A DNA stretch of 32,000 nucleotides from Halogeometricum borinquense DSM 11551 (GTDB lineage: Archaea; Halobacteriota; Halobacteria; Halobacteriales; Haloferacaceae): NCBI RefSeq assembly GCF_000172995.2, contig NC_014729.1, forward strand, positions 60,001-92,000, given 5' to 3'. The notes beneath the pieces are model-generated. The model did no database searches, was not told the origin of the DNA, and saw only the letters and a program-made list of their open reading frames with translations. Positions within the stretch are counted from its first letter, which is position 1. Each line of letters begins with the position of its first letter. A program made the translations under genes and the position numbers. This document shows, in pieces, positions 1-9,469 of the stretch.

Positions 1-38
1 GTCAGTGAGTCGGTACTGATGGTCATCGGTTCGGGTCG

Positions 39-647
39 TTACTCGGCGCTTGCGGCGTCGCTTCGGATGATCCCGACCGCAGCAGCAATCTTGACCGCCT
101 CGAACGGCACGAAGGCGAGAGCGCTGACGACGAACGCGTCCCAGAGCACGTTGGGAGCGAACGCGGAAAGAATGCCGCCTGTTTGGACGATAGCGAAGCC
201 AACGGTACCGAACACGTAGATGACGACTGTCCCGGCAACCATCGCGCCGACGAGGCGAGCGACGGGGACGTGTTCGGGGTCAACGAGCCCGGAAACGCCG
301 TGGACGAGGAGGCCGATGAGAGCCGCCGCAGGAGGGTACGACCAGAGATAGCCCGCTGTGAGACCCAGCAGTGATCCGAGTCCGGCCGACCCGCCAGCGA
401 AAATAGGTGCGCCCGCGGCCCCCGCCGTGAGATACAGCACCATCGACGCACCGCCCCAGACGGGACCGAGGAAGATACCGGCGAGGAAGACGCCGAGCAC
501 CTGCAGACTCACCGGGTGCGGCGACAGCGGGTTTTGGAACGACACGTAAGCGAACGCGCCGGTCAACGCCGCAAACAACGCCGCGCGTGCGATGTTACCC
601 ACCACGTCGTCGCCGACGAGTTCGACTGATTCCGTGTTCGTAGACAT
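39..647 (-). CDS. bioY: Biotin transporter BioY (ECF-type S component)
   Basis: 202-aa polytopic membrane ORF. The motif run ALFAALTGAFAYVSF..P.SPHPVSLQVLGVFLAGIFLGPVWGG...AGAPIFAGGSAGLGSLLGLTAGYLWSYP matches the BioY family pattern as I remember it. High GC3 in this frame. Confidence 0.85.
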   Translation of the reverse strand: MSTNTESVELVGDDVVGNIARAALFAALTGAFAYVSFQNPLSPHPVSLQVLGVFLAGIFLGPVWGGASMVLYLTAGAAGAPIFAGGSAGLGSLLGLTAGYLWSYPPAAALIGLLVHGVSGLVDPEHVPVARLVGAMVAGTVVIYVFGTVGFAIVQTGGILSAFAPNVLWDAFVVSALAFVPFEAVKIAAAVGIIRSDAASAE

Positions 648-791
648 ACTCGTCCGTGTCTCGTAAATCTGTATTAGTGGTTCGGTTTACGGCGGTCAAA
701 CCCCGTTCTGCCGGTGTTCTCGGCTCTCGACGTGTCGTGTGCCTATCGGATCAGCAAGGTTTTGTAGGTTCGTAGCATGTAGTTTCTGTTC

Positions 792-1445
792 ATGGACGAG
801 AAGACCGCCGAACTCAGGGACATCTTCGTCGAGACGACGGGGTCGGAGACGGTGACCGAGACGCAGGAGGAGTCTCCGGGGTCGCTGACCGACGAACTCT
901 CCGACGCCGAGCGGAACGAACGCGTCGCGCGCTTGGTGGCGTCGATGCGCGACCGGTACGAGTTCGAGACGGCTTTCTCGGATGAGGACCTGTGCCGTAT
1001 TGTCCGCGGGTTCTACGACGGCGACTCCGACGCGGAACTGGCCGCCGCACTCGATGCTGCTGCGGACGAGTCGGACGTGTTCGTCGCGCGGATGGACCTC
1101 CACCTCGTCCGCGATTCGGACCGCGACGCCCCGTTCTCGCTCGATACGCTGCGGGCGCTTCTGGACGACGGTGCGGACGACGAGACATGCGCGGCCGAAC
1201 TCAATACTCAGACCGACGGTGATGCCACTACCGACGACGATGCCGGCATCGACGCCAAGACGGTAGCGCACTACCGCCGCGTGGTCGAGACGCAACGCGA
1301 AGCGACGCGCGCCAACGACCGCTTCCGCACCGAGTTCACCGAACTGCTGACGGATTCTGATCTCTCGGCGCGATTGGCCGAAGACGCCCGCCGAGACGGT
1401 CTACAAGAGGCGACAGAGGACATCGAGACGGACGTCTCGCTCTGA
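792..1445 (+). CDS. Acidic conserved haloarchaeal hypothetical protein (possibly the family annotated as conditioned medium-induced protein 4; unverified recollection)
   Basis: 217-aa ORF with strong GC3 bias and very acidic composition (typical halophile). TATA-like TTTTGTA at 760-766, 26 nt upstream of the ATG. The antisense ORFs (696..1295, 814..1188) are Arg/Pro-rich shadows. Confidence 0.8.
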   Translation: MDEKTAELRDIFVETTGSETVTETQEESPGSLTDELSDAERNERVARLVASMRDRYEFETAFSDEDLCRIVRGFYDGDSDAELAAALDAAADESDVFVARMDLHLVRDSDRDAPFSLDTLRALLDDGADDETCAAELNTQTDGDATTDDDAGIDAKTVAHYRRVVETQREATRANDRFRTEFTELLTDSDLSARLAEDARRDGLQEATEDIETDVSL

Positions 1446-1554
1446 AACACCGGATTCCCTCGGCACGTCGGCTCCCACGTGACAGTATACAGACACAACG
1501 ATACTTCATCGCTGTGCGAAGACTCTTACCGGATGGGGTGCTTACTCCGTTGCG

Positions 1555-4500
1555 ATGGCGCAGGCCCCGCAGGACCCGGACGTGGACCTCACCGAACGGT
1601 TCATCCAGTTCTATCGAAAGTACTACAGCGACGATATCGGGCGACTCGCGCAGCGGTATCCGAACGAACAGCGCTCGTTGTACATCGACTACGACGACCT
1701 GTTCCGCTTCGACGAGGACCTAGCGGAGGACTACCGCAAAAAGCCCGATCAGATACGCGAGTACGCCGAGGAGGCGCTCAGACTGTACGACCTCCCGGTG
1801 GACGTGAAACTCGGGCGCGCGCACGTCCGACTTCGCAATCTTCCCGACTCGGTTGACATACGTAATATCCGCGTCCACGACGACCACATCGGCCGGATGG
1901 TATCGGTACAGGGTATCGTCCGCAAGGCGACGGACGTGCGCCCGAAGATTACCGAGGCGGCGTTCGAATGCCAACGCTGCGGGACGATGACGTACATCCC
2001 GCAGACCGACAGTGGATTTCAGGAACCCCACGAGTGTCAGGGCTGTGAGCGACAGGGACCGTTCCACGTCGATTTCGACCAGTCGGAGTTCGTTGACTCC
2101 CAGAAACTACGCGTCCAAGAAAGTCCCGAGGGCCTGCGGGGCGGCGAGACGCCGCAGAGTATCGACATCGACATCGAAGACGACGTGACCGGCGAGGTGA
2201 CGGCGGGCGACCACGTCACCGTCACTGGTGTCCTCCACATCGAACAGCAGACCTCCGGACAGGAGAAGACGCCAATCTTCGACCTCTACATGGACGGGGT
2301 GTCCATCGAAATCGAGGACGAGGAGTTCGAGGACATGGACATCTCCGAGGAGGACGTGGCCGAAATCGTCGAACTCTCGAACGACCCAGACATCTACCAG
2401 AAGATGATCGGGTCCGTCGCTCCGTCTATCTACGGCTACGAGCAGGAGAAACTCGCCATGATTCTCCAACTGTTCTCCGGCGTCACCAAACACCTGCCCG
2501 ACGGTTCCCGGATCCGCGGGGACCTGCACATGTTGCTGATAGGGGACCCTGGTACGGGGAAATGTGTTGCCGGGGATACCCGCGTGACGGTAGCAGATGG
2601 GTCCGAGGTACCGATCCGTAAACTGGTCGAACAGAATCTCGACGAGCCGAAACCGGTCGATGACGGCGTGTGGGACGCCGTCGATTTCGAGGTGCCGTCG
2701 ATGGCACACGACGGATCGATCACCACGCGGCGAGCGACGAAAGTGTGGAAGCGTGAGGCTCCCGACCGGATGTACGAAATTCGGACCGCGGCCGGACACG
2801 AACTCACTGTGACGCCGTCGCATCCGCTGTTCGTTGGCTGTGACGGTGGGACCGAGGCCGTCGTCGCAGATAACCTTGAAGCGGGGCAGTTCGTCGCTGT
2901 CCCTCGGTCACTTCCGACCGACGGAGACAACTCACTCGACGTATCGATTCGCCGGTCGCAGTCGAACAACGCCGTGCGACTCGATCTTCCCGACCGACTG
3001 ACGCCGTCGCTGGCTCGTCTCCTCGGCTACGTCGCCGCCGAAGGGTACGTCGAACGGCGCGACTCGGGCAGTGCGTTCGTGTCGATAACGAACAGCGACC
3101 GCGAGATACTCGACGACGTTGCCGACGCCCTCGACGAACTCGGACTCAGGGCGACCGAACGATCTACCCATGACGATAAGACGACACGAGAACTCATCTG
3201 CTCGTCGAGCGAACTGGTAAGTCTCCTCGAAAAAATTGAACCGGCGCTACTGGACGGGTCGAGTGAACAGCGCGTTCCCGCCCCGATCCTGCGCGCGAAG
3301 TCGCCCGTCAAGCGAGGTTTCCTCCGCGCGTTCGTCGATGCTGAAGGAACCGTCTCGCCGTCGCAGCGAGAGGTCACCGTCTCCTCGACGAGTCGAGACG
3401 TACTCGAAGGAGTCCGCAGTCTCCTCCTCGCGTTCGGAATCAGTTCGCAACTCCGAACGAAGGCGGATGGCAGTTTCCGCCTGCGCGTGAGCGGTGATGA
3501 CTTCGCCCGCTACACCGCCCAGATTGGCCTCGTTACGGAGCGTAAGCGACGGGCGGCCGAAGCGGTGGTCGATGTGGACGGAAACACGAACCGCGATGTC
3601 ATTCCCGGCGTCGGCGACACGCTCTGCGACCTGCGCGAATCACTCGGCCTCGAGCAGGACGACTGCGGACTCCCACGCAGTACGTACCAGCACTACGAGC
3701 GCGGTGACCGAAACCCGAGTCGAGACAGCCTCCAGACGGTCGTTCAGACGTTCTCCGAGGCGGCGGCCGATGGACTGGCCGCGGATGGTGACGGCGGTGC
3801 AAGCGTCGAACGTTGCCTCGCCTCCCTGCGCGCTCTCGCGGACGGTGACATCGCGTGGGACCGCATCGAATCAATCGACCCGGTCGAACCCGACGACGAG
3901 TGGGTGTACGACCTCGAAATCGAGGGGACGCACAACTTCCTCACCAACAACGTCGTCTCGCACAACTCCCAAATGTTGCAGTACATCCGCAATATTGCAC
4001 CCCGCTCGGTCTACACCTCCGGGAAGGGTTCATCCTCGGCCGGTCTGACGGCCGCAGCCGTCCGCGACGATTTCGGCGACGGACAACAGTGGACGCTCGA
4101 AGCCGGTGCCCTCGTTCTCGCTGATAAAGGCATTGCGGCTGTGGACGAACTGGACAAGATGCGGTGCGTAACTGGTGACTCTCTTGTCCATCTCGCCGAT
4201 GATGGCGGAATCAAACGGATCAGAGATATTGCACACGATGCCGCGCGCGAGGGGTCGACCGAGGAATTGGCGAACGGTCGAACGATCCGGAACTTCGATG
4301 CCGAGGTGTGGTCGATGACCGATGATGGGAAGTTGGTATCTCGGCCGGTCACGGCTATCCACGAGTACGATGCTCCGGACGAATTGACGAGGGTAACATT
4401 GCAGTCTGGTGAGCGGCTGACAGCGATTCACGATCATCCGTTCATTACGTTCGATGATGGAGAAAGCGTAGAGAAGCCCGCAGCAAATGTCTCTCCCGGT

Positions 4501-7011
4501 GACTGGGTGTTTGTACCGCGTCGCCTCGCTGACCGAGCGACGGATGGAGGTGTCCGGACTGCCGACTCAATCGCTGGAGGGACGGTCACCGCCACCGAAA
4601 ACGAACTCTCTCCTGCGTTCGGTGCCGTCCTCGGCTACCTCTCCGGTGACGGAAACGTCTACTACGACCGCGAAGAGGGCGTCTACGGCATCCGATTCAC
4701 CAATAAAGAAGAGGAACTGCTCGCTGACTTCGAGCGGGCGTGTCGTGACGCATGTGATGCAGAAGCAATTCGTCCACCGTCCGAACAGCGCGACGACGGT
4801 GTTGAAACGGTCAGGCTTTCCGGGAAGGAATTCGCGGACGTGGTACTTGACGCCGGGATGAATCTCGAAGTCTACGACGGAAAAGCGTTCCCGACGGCTA
4901 TCTCTGCGGCCTCGCGGGCGACCAAGGCTGCGTTCGTACGCGCGATGGCAGACAGCGAAGGGAGTGTCGATACCGATTCGGGCAACGTCAAAATCAGTTC
5001 GTCCAGCTACGAACTGGTGCTCGGGATCAAGAGTCTCCTCTTGGAGTTCGACATCACAACGCAGATACAACACCGCGAACGCTCGGGTAAACGTGATCTG
5101 TATGTGCTTGCAGTGACGGCAGCGGAGTCTCTCCAGCGGTTCAATCGCCACATTGGGTTTACATTGGATCGCAAGCAGTCGGCGCTCGACGAGGTCTGTG
5201 AATCCGTTTCGGGCGACCGAACGATTCTCGACGTGATCCCCCACTGCGGAGAGTTACTGTCGTCACTCCGGGAATCGCTGCGACTGTACGTCTCCGAGTG
5301 CGGACTCGTTGACGCCACCGACTGCAACTTCGAGAACAAGGACGCGAACGTTTCGATTTCGTGTGCACGAACGATTCTCGATGCGTTTGAGAGTCGAACA
5401 CAAGAGGCCGAGTCAGACGCAGAGCAACTCACGGAACCGTGTGACTGGGAGATACTGTCGGACATCAAAGAACGGTACCACGTTTCCCAGTCCGAACTCG
5501 CGACTGGAACACCGTATAGCCAGCAACAGATTTCGCTGCTGTGGGGAGCGGACGACGAACTCAGAGCGGTGACGAGAAACCGACTCCGAGAAATCGTCGA
5601 ATCGGTCGTGAACACGGATATCGAACCGTTCCGACACCTCGTTCGTGGAGACGTGAAGTGGAGGCGTGTCAAGTCCGTCGAGACAGTCGATGAAAGCGAT
5701 GTTGATGACCAAATCCGACTACTGAAACACGAACTGGCAGACCTCCTCGGCGTCAAGACCGAGTCCGCTGTCGAGTACGGACGGTCGCTATTGGACAGCG
5801 AACCGAATGCCGAGGACTGGGACGAACTTCGTGTCGAACTGAACCGACACAACGTCTCGTTCGCTGACATCGCTCGGGATCTTGGTGTTGCTGACTCGAC
5901 CGTCTCACGGTGGTTCAACGGCGTTGTCGAGACGGACCGGTTTGTCGACGTGGCCAACGCCGCACGCGACCGGTTCGCCGAGATTCGTGCGGACGTTCGG
6001 CGATACCTCGACACAATCGAGTCGCGTTCCACACCCAAGGTGTACGACCTCACGGTCGAGGGAACACACAACTTCGTTGCCAACGGGATGGTCGTCCACA
6101 ATTCCGAGGACCGGTCGGCAATGCACGAGGGCCTCGAACAACAGCAGATTTCGGTGTCGAAAGCCGGCATCAACGCGACGCTGAAGTCGCGGTGTTCGCT
6201 CCTCGGCGCGGCCAACCCCAAATACGGCCGCTTCGACCAGTACGAGTCTATCGGCGAGCAGATCGACCTCGAACCGGCCCTCATCTCGCGGTTCGACCTC
6301 ATCTTCACGGTGACAGACGACCCGGACCCCGAGTCCGACGCCGAACTCGCAGAACACATCATCAATACGAACTACGCGGGCGAGCTCCACACCCAGCGCT
6401 CGAAGATTGCCAACTCCGAGTTCACAGAAGCGGAGGTGAACTCCGTCACCGAAGAAGTCGCCCCCGAAATTGACGCCGAACTCCTCCGCAAATACATCGC
6501 GTACGCAAAGCGTAACTGCTACCCGACGATGACCGACGAGGCAAAGGAGGTCATCCGCGACTTCTACGTCAACTTCCGCGCGAAAGGGGCCGACGAGGAC
6601 TCGCCGGTTCCGGTCACCGCCCGGAAACTCGAAGCGCTCGTCCGTCTCGCCGAGGCGTCCGCTCGCGTCCGCCTCTCCGATACCGTCACCGAGGACGACG
6701 CCGTGCGCGTCACCAACATCGTCGAATCCTGCCTGCGCGATATCGGGATGGATCCCGAAACGGGCGAGTTCGACGCCGACATCGTGGAGACGGGCACCTC
6801 GAAGAACCAGCGCGACCGCATCAAGAACCTCAAGCAACTCATCAGCGATATCGAAGACGAGTACGAGGAGGGCGCACCGGTTGACGAAGTCATCTCCCGC
6901 GCGACAACCGAGTTGAACTTAGACGAGAGCAAGGCCGAACAGGAGATCGAAAACCTGCGGCGCAAGGGCGAAGTGTACGAACCACGGACGGATCACCTGC
7001 GAACGACGTAG
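1555..7011 (+). CDS. mcm: Replicative helicase MCM (Cdc21 family), precursor containing two inteins; the spliced product would be 704 aa
   Basis: N-terminal MCM domain with Zn motif CQRCG..(x)..CQGC. Walker A GDPGTGK|S is interrupted at 2563. Walker B region VDELDKMR is followed by a second insertion at 4165. The extein resumes with SEDRSAMHEGLEQQQISVSKAGI, the arginine-finger region SRFDLIF, and a C-terminal winged-helix-like tail. Confidence 0.97.
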   Translation: MAQAPQDPDVDLTERFIQFYRKYYSDDIGRLAQRYPNEQRSLYIDYDDLFRFDEDLAEDYRKKPDQIREYAEEALRLYDLPVDVKLGRAHVRLRNLPDSVDIRNIRVHDDHIGRMVSVQGIVRKATDVRPKITEAAFECQRCGTMTYIPQTDSGFQEPHECQGCERQGPFHVDFDQSEFVDSQKLRVQESPEGLRGGETPQSIDIDIEDDVTGEVTAGDHVTVTGVLHIEQQTSGQEKTPIFDLYMDGVSIEIEDEEFEDMDISEEDVAEIVELSNDPDIYQKMIGSVAPSIYGYEQEKLAMILQLFSGVTKHLPDGSRIRGDLHMLLIGDPGTGKCVAGDTRVTVADGSEVPIRKLVEQNLDEPKPVDDGVWDAVDFEVPSMAHDGSITTRRATKVWKREAPDRMYEIRTAAGHELTVTPSHPLFVGCDGGTEAVVADNLEAGQFVAVPRSLPTDGDNSLDVSIRRSQSNNAVRLDLPDRLTPSLARLLGYVAAEGYVERRDSGSAFVSITNSDREILDDVADALDELGLRATERSTHDDKTTRELICSSSELVSLLEKIEPALLDGSSEQRVPAPILRAKSPVKRGFLRAFVDAEGTVSPSQREVTVSSTSRDVLEGVRSLLLAFGISSQLRTKADGSFRLRVSGDDFARYTAQIGLVTERKRRAAEAVVDVDGNTNRDVIPGVGDTLCDLRESLGLEQDDCGLPRSTYQHYERGDRNPSRDSLQTVVQTFSEAAADGLAADGDGGASVERCLASLRALADGDIAWDRIESIDPVEPDDEWVYDLEIEGTHNFLTNNVVSHNSQMLQYIRNIAPRSVYTSGKGSSSAGLTAAAVRDDFGDGQQWTLEAGALVLADKGIAAVDELDKMRCVTGDSLVHLADDGGIKRIRDIAHDAAREGSTEELANGRTIRNFDAEVWSMTDDGKLVSRPVTAIHEYDAPDELTRVTLQSGERLTAIHDHPFITFDDGESVEKPAANVSPGDWVFVPRRLADRATDGGVRTADSIAGGTVTATENELSPAFGAVLGYLSGDGNVYYDREEGVYGIRFTNKEEELLADFERACRDACDAEAIRPPSEQRDDGVETVRLSGKEFADVVLDAGMNLEVYDGKAFPTAISAASRATKAAFVRAMADSEGSVDTDSGNVKISSSSYELVLGIKSLLLEFDITTQIQHRERSGKRDLYVLAVTAAESLQRFNRHIGFTLDRKQSALDEVCESVSGDRTILDVIPHCGELLSSLRESLRLYVSECGLVDATDCNFENKDANVSISCARTILDAFESRTQEAESDAEQLTEPCDWEILSDIKERYHVSQSELATGTPYSQQQISLLWGADDELRAVTRNRLREIVESVVNTDIEPFRHLVRGDVKWRRVKSVETVDESDVDDQIRLLKHELADLLGVKTESAVEYGRSLLDSEPNAEDWDELRVELNRHNVSFADIARDLGVADSTVSRWFNGVVETDRFVDVANAARDRFAEIRADVRRYLDTIESRSTPKVYDLTVEGTHNFVANGMVVHNSEDRSAMHEGLEQQQISVSKAGINATLKSRCSLLGAANPKYGRFDQYESIGEQIDLEPALISRFDLIFTVTDDPDPESDAELAEHIINTNYAGELHTQRSKIANSEFTEAEVNSVTEEVAPEIDAELLRKYIAYAKRNCYPTMTDEAKEVIRDFYVNFRAKGADEDSPVPVTARKLEALVRLAEASARVRLSDTVTEDDAVRVTNIVESCLRDIGMDPETGEFDADIVETGTSKNQRDRIKNLKQLISDIEDEYEEGAPVDEVISRATTELNLDESKAEQEIENLRRKGEVYEPRTDHLRTT
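2563..3966 (+). mobile_element. MCM intein 1 (468 aa) inserted in the Walker A P-loop, with LAGLIDADG homing endonuclease domain
   Basis: Starts with Cys (GDPGTGK|CVAGDTRV) and ends VVSHN followed by Ser (+1). Block B-like TVTPSHPLF. Two LAGLIDADG motifs, LLGYVAAEGYV and LRAFVDAEGTV. Block F/G is VYDLEIEGTHNFLTNNVVSHN. Coordinates derived by codon counting from 1555. Confidence 0.9.
4165..6102 (+). mobile_element. MCM intein 2 (646 aa) inserted just after Walker B, with LAGLIDADG endonuclease plus an additional HTH-containing module
   Basis: Starts DELDKMR|CVTGDSLVHL and ends NGMVVHN|S. Block B-like TAIHDHPF. LAGLIDADG motifs VLGYLSGDGNV and FVRAMADSEGSV. Block F/G is VYDLTVEGTHNFVANGMVVHN. 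Spot GC counts on 60-nt lines are 50-58%, against 67% in one sampled extein line. Confidence 0.9.
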
Positions 7012-7296
7012 ATGGACCGAATATCTGCTCTCCGGAACATCGAAGAAGCCCTCCGCGACTTCGAGTCCGGCGACTCCGACCTCGCGGCGACCGAACAGCG
7101 AGTCGTGACTGTCCTTCGGACGTACGCCACCGACTTCGAGGGTGAGGAAGGTCTCGCCCCGTACCAAGCCACCGGCGAGGGCCGCGCGCACGGACTCGTG
7201 GTCGTTGCCGAGAGTTCAGCGGACGCCCGCGACCGAATCTACGACCTGCTGGACGAGGAACGCGGGAGCCTCGATTTCGAAGTCGAGCGTCTGTAG
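7012..7296 (+). CDS. Small acidic hypothetical protein (94 aa), start abuts the mcm stop
   Basis: The ATG follows the mcm TAG directly (TAGATG). GC3-rich frame with acidic composition. No recognisable motif. Confidence 0.7.
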   Translation: MDRISALRNIEEALRDFESGDSDLAATEQRVVTVLRTYATDFEGEEGLAPYQATGEGRAHGLVVVAESSADARDRIYDLLDEERGSLDFEVERL

Positions 7297-7362
7297 GCCT
7301 GACGACACGAATTTCGTCGCTTCGGCGGACTTTTATCGAATCACGAATGTCGTCACGTAGCC

Positions 7363-7701
7363 GTGTTGCTCGTCGTGACCTACTCGCGGGGCGCCCGCGA
7401 GACGCTTCGAAACGTCTGTCGAACGCACGAGGAGACAGTCGTCCGCCGATTCGGCCGTGCGGCACTGCTCGAAGAGACGGAGTTCGGTGCGTTCCTCGCG
7501 TGTCGCCTCCGCGAAAAGCACGGCCACGACGTGCAGGTCGAACGGACCGAACCGTTCAACGAATTCGCGGACGCCCCCGACTCGGTTCGAGAGGCCGCCG
7601 AAGCCTACGAATCACGCGACGTGGCAAGTACCCCGTACGACAAGTTCGCCGTCGGTACCGACCACCCACCGACGTCACGGATGCGCGATAGGGACCTGTG
7701 A
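7363..7701 (+). CDS. Hypothetical protein (112 aa)
   Basis: GTG-start ORF with good GC3 bias. TATA-like TTTTAT at 7331-7336, 27 nt upstream. The stop overlaps the next start (GTGA). Confidence 0.7.
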   Translation: MLLVVTYSRGARETLRNVCRTHEETVVRRFGRAALLEETEFGAFLACRLREKHGHDVQVERTEPFNEFADAPDSVREAAEAYESRDVASTPYDKFAVGTDHPPTSRMRDRDL

Positions 7702-8573
7702 GGTCGATTCGCGTCCATCTTCCCGACGGGACGACACACGTCGGGAGCGTCGTTGACCTGCGAGATGCAGACTGCGATATCGACGCCGACGACCTCAGTC
7801 GGTCGGTTCGCTTCGGATTGCCCGTCGAGCGGGGCTATCCGCGTGTCATCTCACCGCCACCATCACCAGTTTCTCCGTTCGTCGCACACCTCGCTCGGGA
7901 GATATCGTTCGACCGCCGCGGAGCGTTGGCGACACTAGCGCGGAGCAGGGGGCACGTCGTTCCCGAGGAACGAACGCTCGAACGGGTCGAATCCGAGTTA
8001 GCGGACGTAACGCCGCCCGAACCGGGAGATCTCGCGGACGCACGACGACGGGCGGCAGCGGCCGGTGCGGAGACGGAGCGCCTCCAAGAGCGCGCTGCGA
8101 TGATTCGGGGGCGCGTCGAAGCAGTTCGGGAAGCGGGCGGAGACATCGATGCCGCAGAGGCGGAACTCGCAGAGACGATGACGCGTCTCTCCGAGGTCGC
8201 GACCGAGCGCGTGGCCGCGCGGCAACGGCTTGAGATGTTAGAAGCGCGAGCGCGGGCCGCACGCGACGGCCGCGAGGAACGGATGCGACTCGAAGACCGC
8301 GCGGCGAACCTCGAACGGGCGATCCGACGGTCGCTCGCGGCTGCCGTCTACGACGACTTCGCTGACGCGGTGGCCGCTCTCCCCGACTCGTTCGATGCCG
8401 ACGCGGGCGACGCCCCCGGCGAATACGAGGGCCCGCCACTCGCTGCTGCCCTCGCTGTGACTCGTGTGGCGCCGCTCCGCGCACCCGTCGTCGCCGACGC
8501 CGATGTACTCGACCCGTTCTGTGGTCTCCGCTCATTCGTCCGCTATCTCGATGCGCCGGTCGTCCTCTGCTGA
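7698..8573 (+). CDS. Hypothetical coiled-coil protein (291 aa)
   Basis: GTG start overlapping the previous stop by 4 nt. The central part, about 120 aa, is rich in A/E/R heptad-like sequence (ERLQERAAMIRGRVEAVREAG...RQRLEMLEARARAARDGREERMRLEDRAANLERAIRR). Confidence 0.75.
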   Translation: MRSIRVHLPDGTTHVGSVVDLRDADCDIDADDLSRSVRFGLPVERGYPRVISPPPSPVSPFVAHLAREISFDRRGALATLARSRGHVVPEERTLERVESELADVTPPEPGDLADARRRAAAAGAETERLQERAAMIRGRVEAVREAGGDIDAAEAELAETMTRLSEVATERVAARQRLEMLEARARAARDGREERMRLEDRAANLERAIRRSLAAAVYDDFADAVAALPDSFDADAGDAPGEYEGPPLAAALAVTRVAPLRAPVVADADVLDPFCGLRSFVRYLDAPVVLC

Positions 8574-8632
8574 GTCAGATCACAGACTGCACCGCCCGCG
8601 GGTTCATATACGAAGACGCGGCCAACCACCCC

Positions 8633-9469
8633 ATGGAGTACGACTGCACGACGAAAACCGTCGGCGGAACGACGCTCGTGACGGTTCACGTCCGCAACGA
8701 AGCGGCCGTCCCGCGCCGGGTTCGCGTCCGAAACGACCTGCCCGGTCCGGTCCTGCCGCCCCGGCAGGACGGCGTCCCGGAACGCGGGTGGGACGACGAC
8801 GGCTACACCGGCGTCATCGCGGCGGACGACGAACTAACGCTCGGCTATGCCTGTCCCGGCGGAGACGAAACCGAGACACCAGTCTCCGTCGAATCGCTCG
8901 GCCGTGCGGACGAAGAGCGTGATACTGAGAAAAGTTCGCGCGCGGAACTCGAAGCAGAAGCGATCCGTTCGCTCGGGCGAGCGCGCCCGCCCGCCGACGC
9001 GGTGCCGACACCGAGCGTCGATAGACAGACAGAGACCGACGACGCTCCTACCGACGCTCAGACGAGGGATTTGGAGTCACGAGCAGAGTCAGTATCGACG
9101 AACTCGAGACCGCAGTCGGAACCGGAATCAACGCCGCGTCAAGATTCGGGCGGAGACAGTGATGACGCGACGTCTCACAACGAGGGCGACGAGGAATACA
9201 GAGCTGAAAAAGAGATCACTCCGAAGCCGGTCGAGTCGTGGCTCTCAGCAGTTGAGACGCGCGTTCAGCACGCAGAGACGGTGACTGATGCGACGGCCGA
9301 CGAGGCGGCGGCGGTTCTCGAAACGGCCGAGAACGTCTCCGACCTTCCAGCGACAGTCGCCGCCGACGAAGACGCACTTCGAGCGTTCGCCGCCCGCGCG
9401 ACGGCACTCGCCGAACGCGCCGCGGACACCGACGCCAAACCAGTCATCGACGCACTGGGTGACCGATGA
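8633..9469 (+). CDS. Hypothetical protein (278 aa): N-terminal globular domain, long acidic low-complexity linker, C-terminal helical region
   Basis: ATG preceded by TATA-like TTCATATA at 8603-8610. GC3-rich. The middle region is T/D/E/S/P-rich. The stop overlaps the MinD-type gene start (ATGA). Confidence 0.75.
   Translation: MEYDCTTKTVGGTTLVTVHVRNEAAVPRRVRVRNDLPGPVLPPRQDGVPERGWDDDGYTGVIAADDELTLGYACPGGDETETPVSVESLGRADEERDTEKSSRAELEAEAIRSLGRARPPADAVPTPSVDRQTETDDAPTDAQTRDLESRAESVSTNSRPQSEPESTPRQDSGGDSDDATSHNEGDEEYRAEKEITPKPVESWLSAVETRVQHAETVTDATADEAAAVLETAENVSDLPATVAADEDALRAFAARATALAERAADTDAKPVIDALGDR

Noticed and set aside
5007-6365. 452-aa ORF on the minus strand inside mcm intein 2 (also 5905..6837, 2107..2823 and 2436..2969)
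   Set aside because: Antisense shadow ORFs, typical of high-GC DNA. They have Ser/Arg-rich, non-acidic composition and no motifs, and they fully overlap a frame with clear intein and MCM motifs.
6890-7465. 191-aa minus-strand ORF spanning the mcm 3' end and the downstream small genes
   Set aside because: Extremely Arg-rich (RRxR runs) and antisense to GC3-biased plus-strand genes. A typical GC-rich shadow frame.
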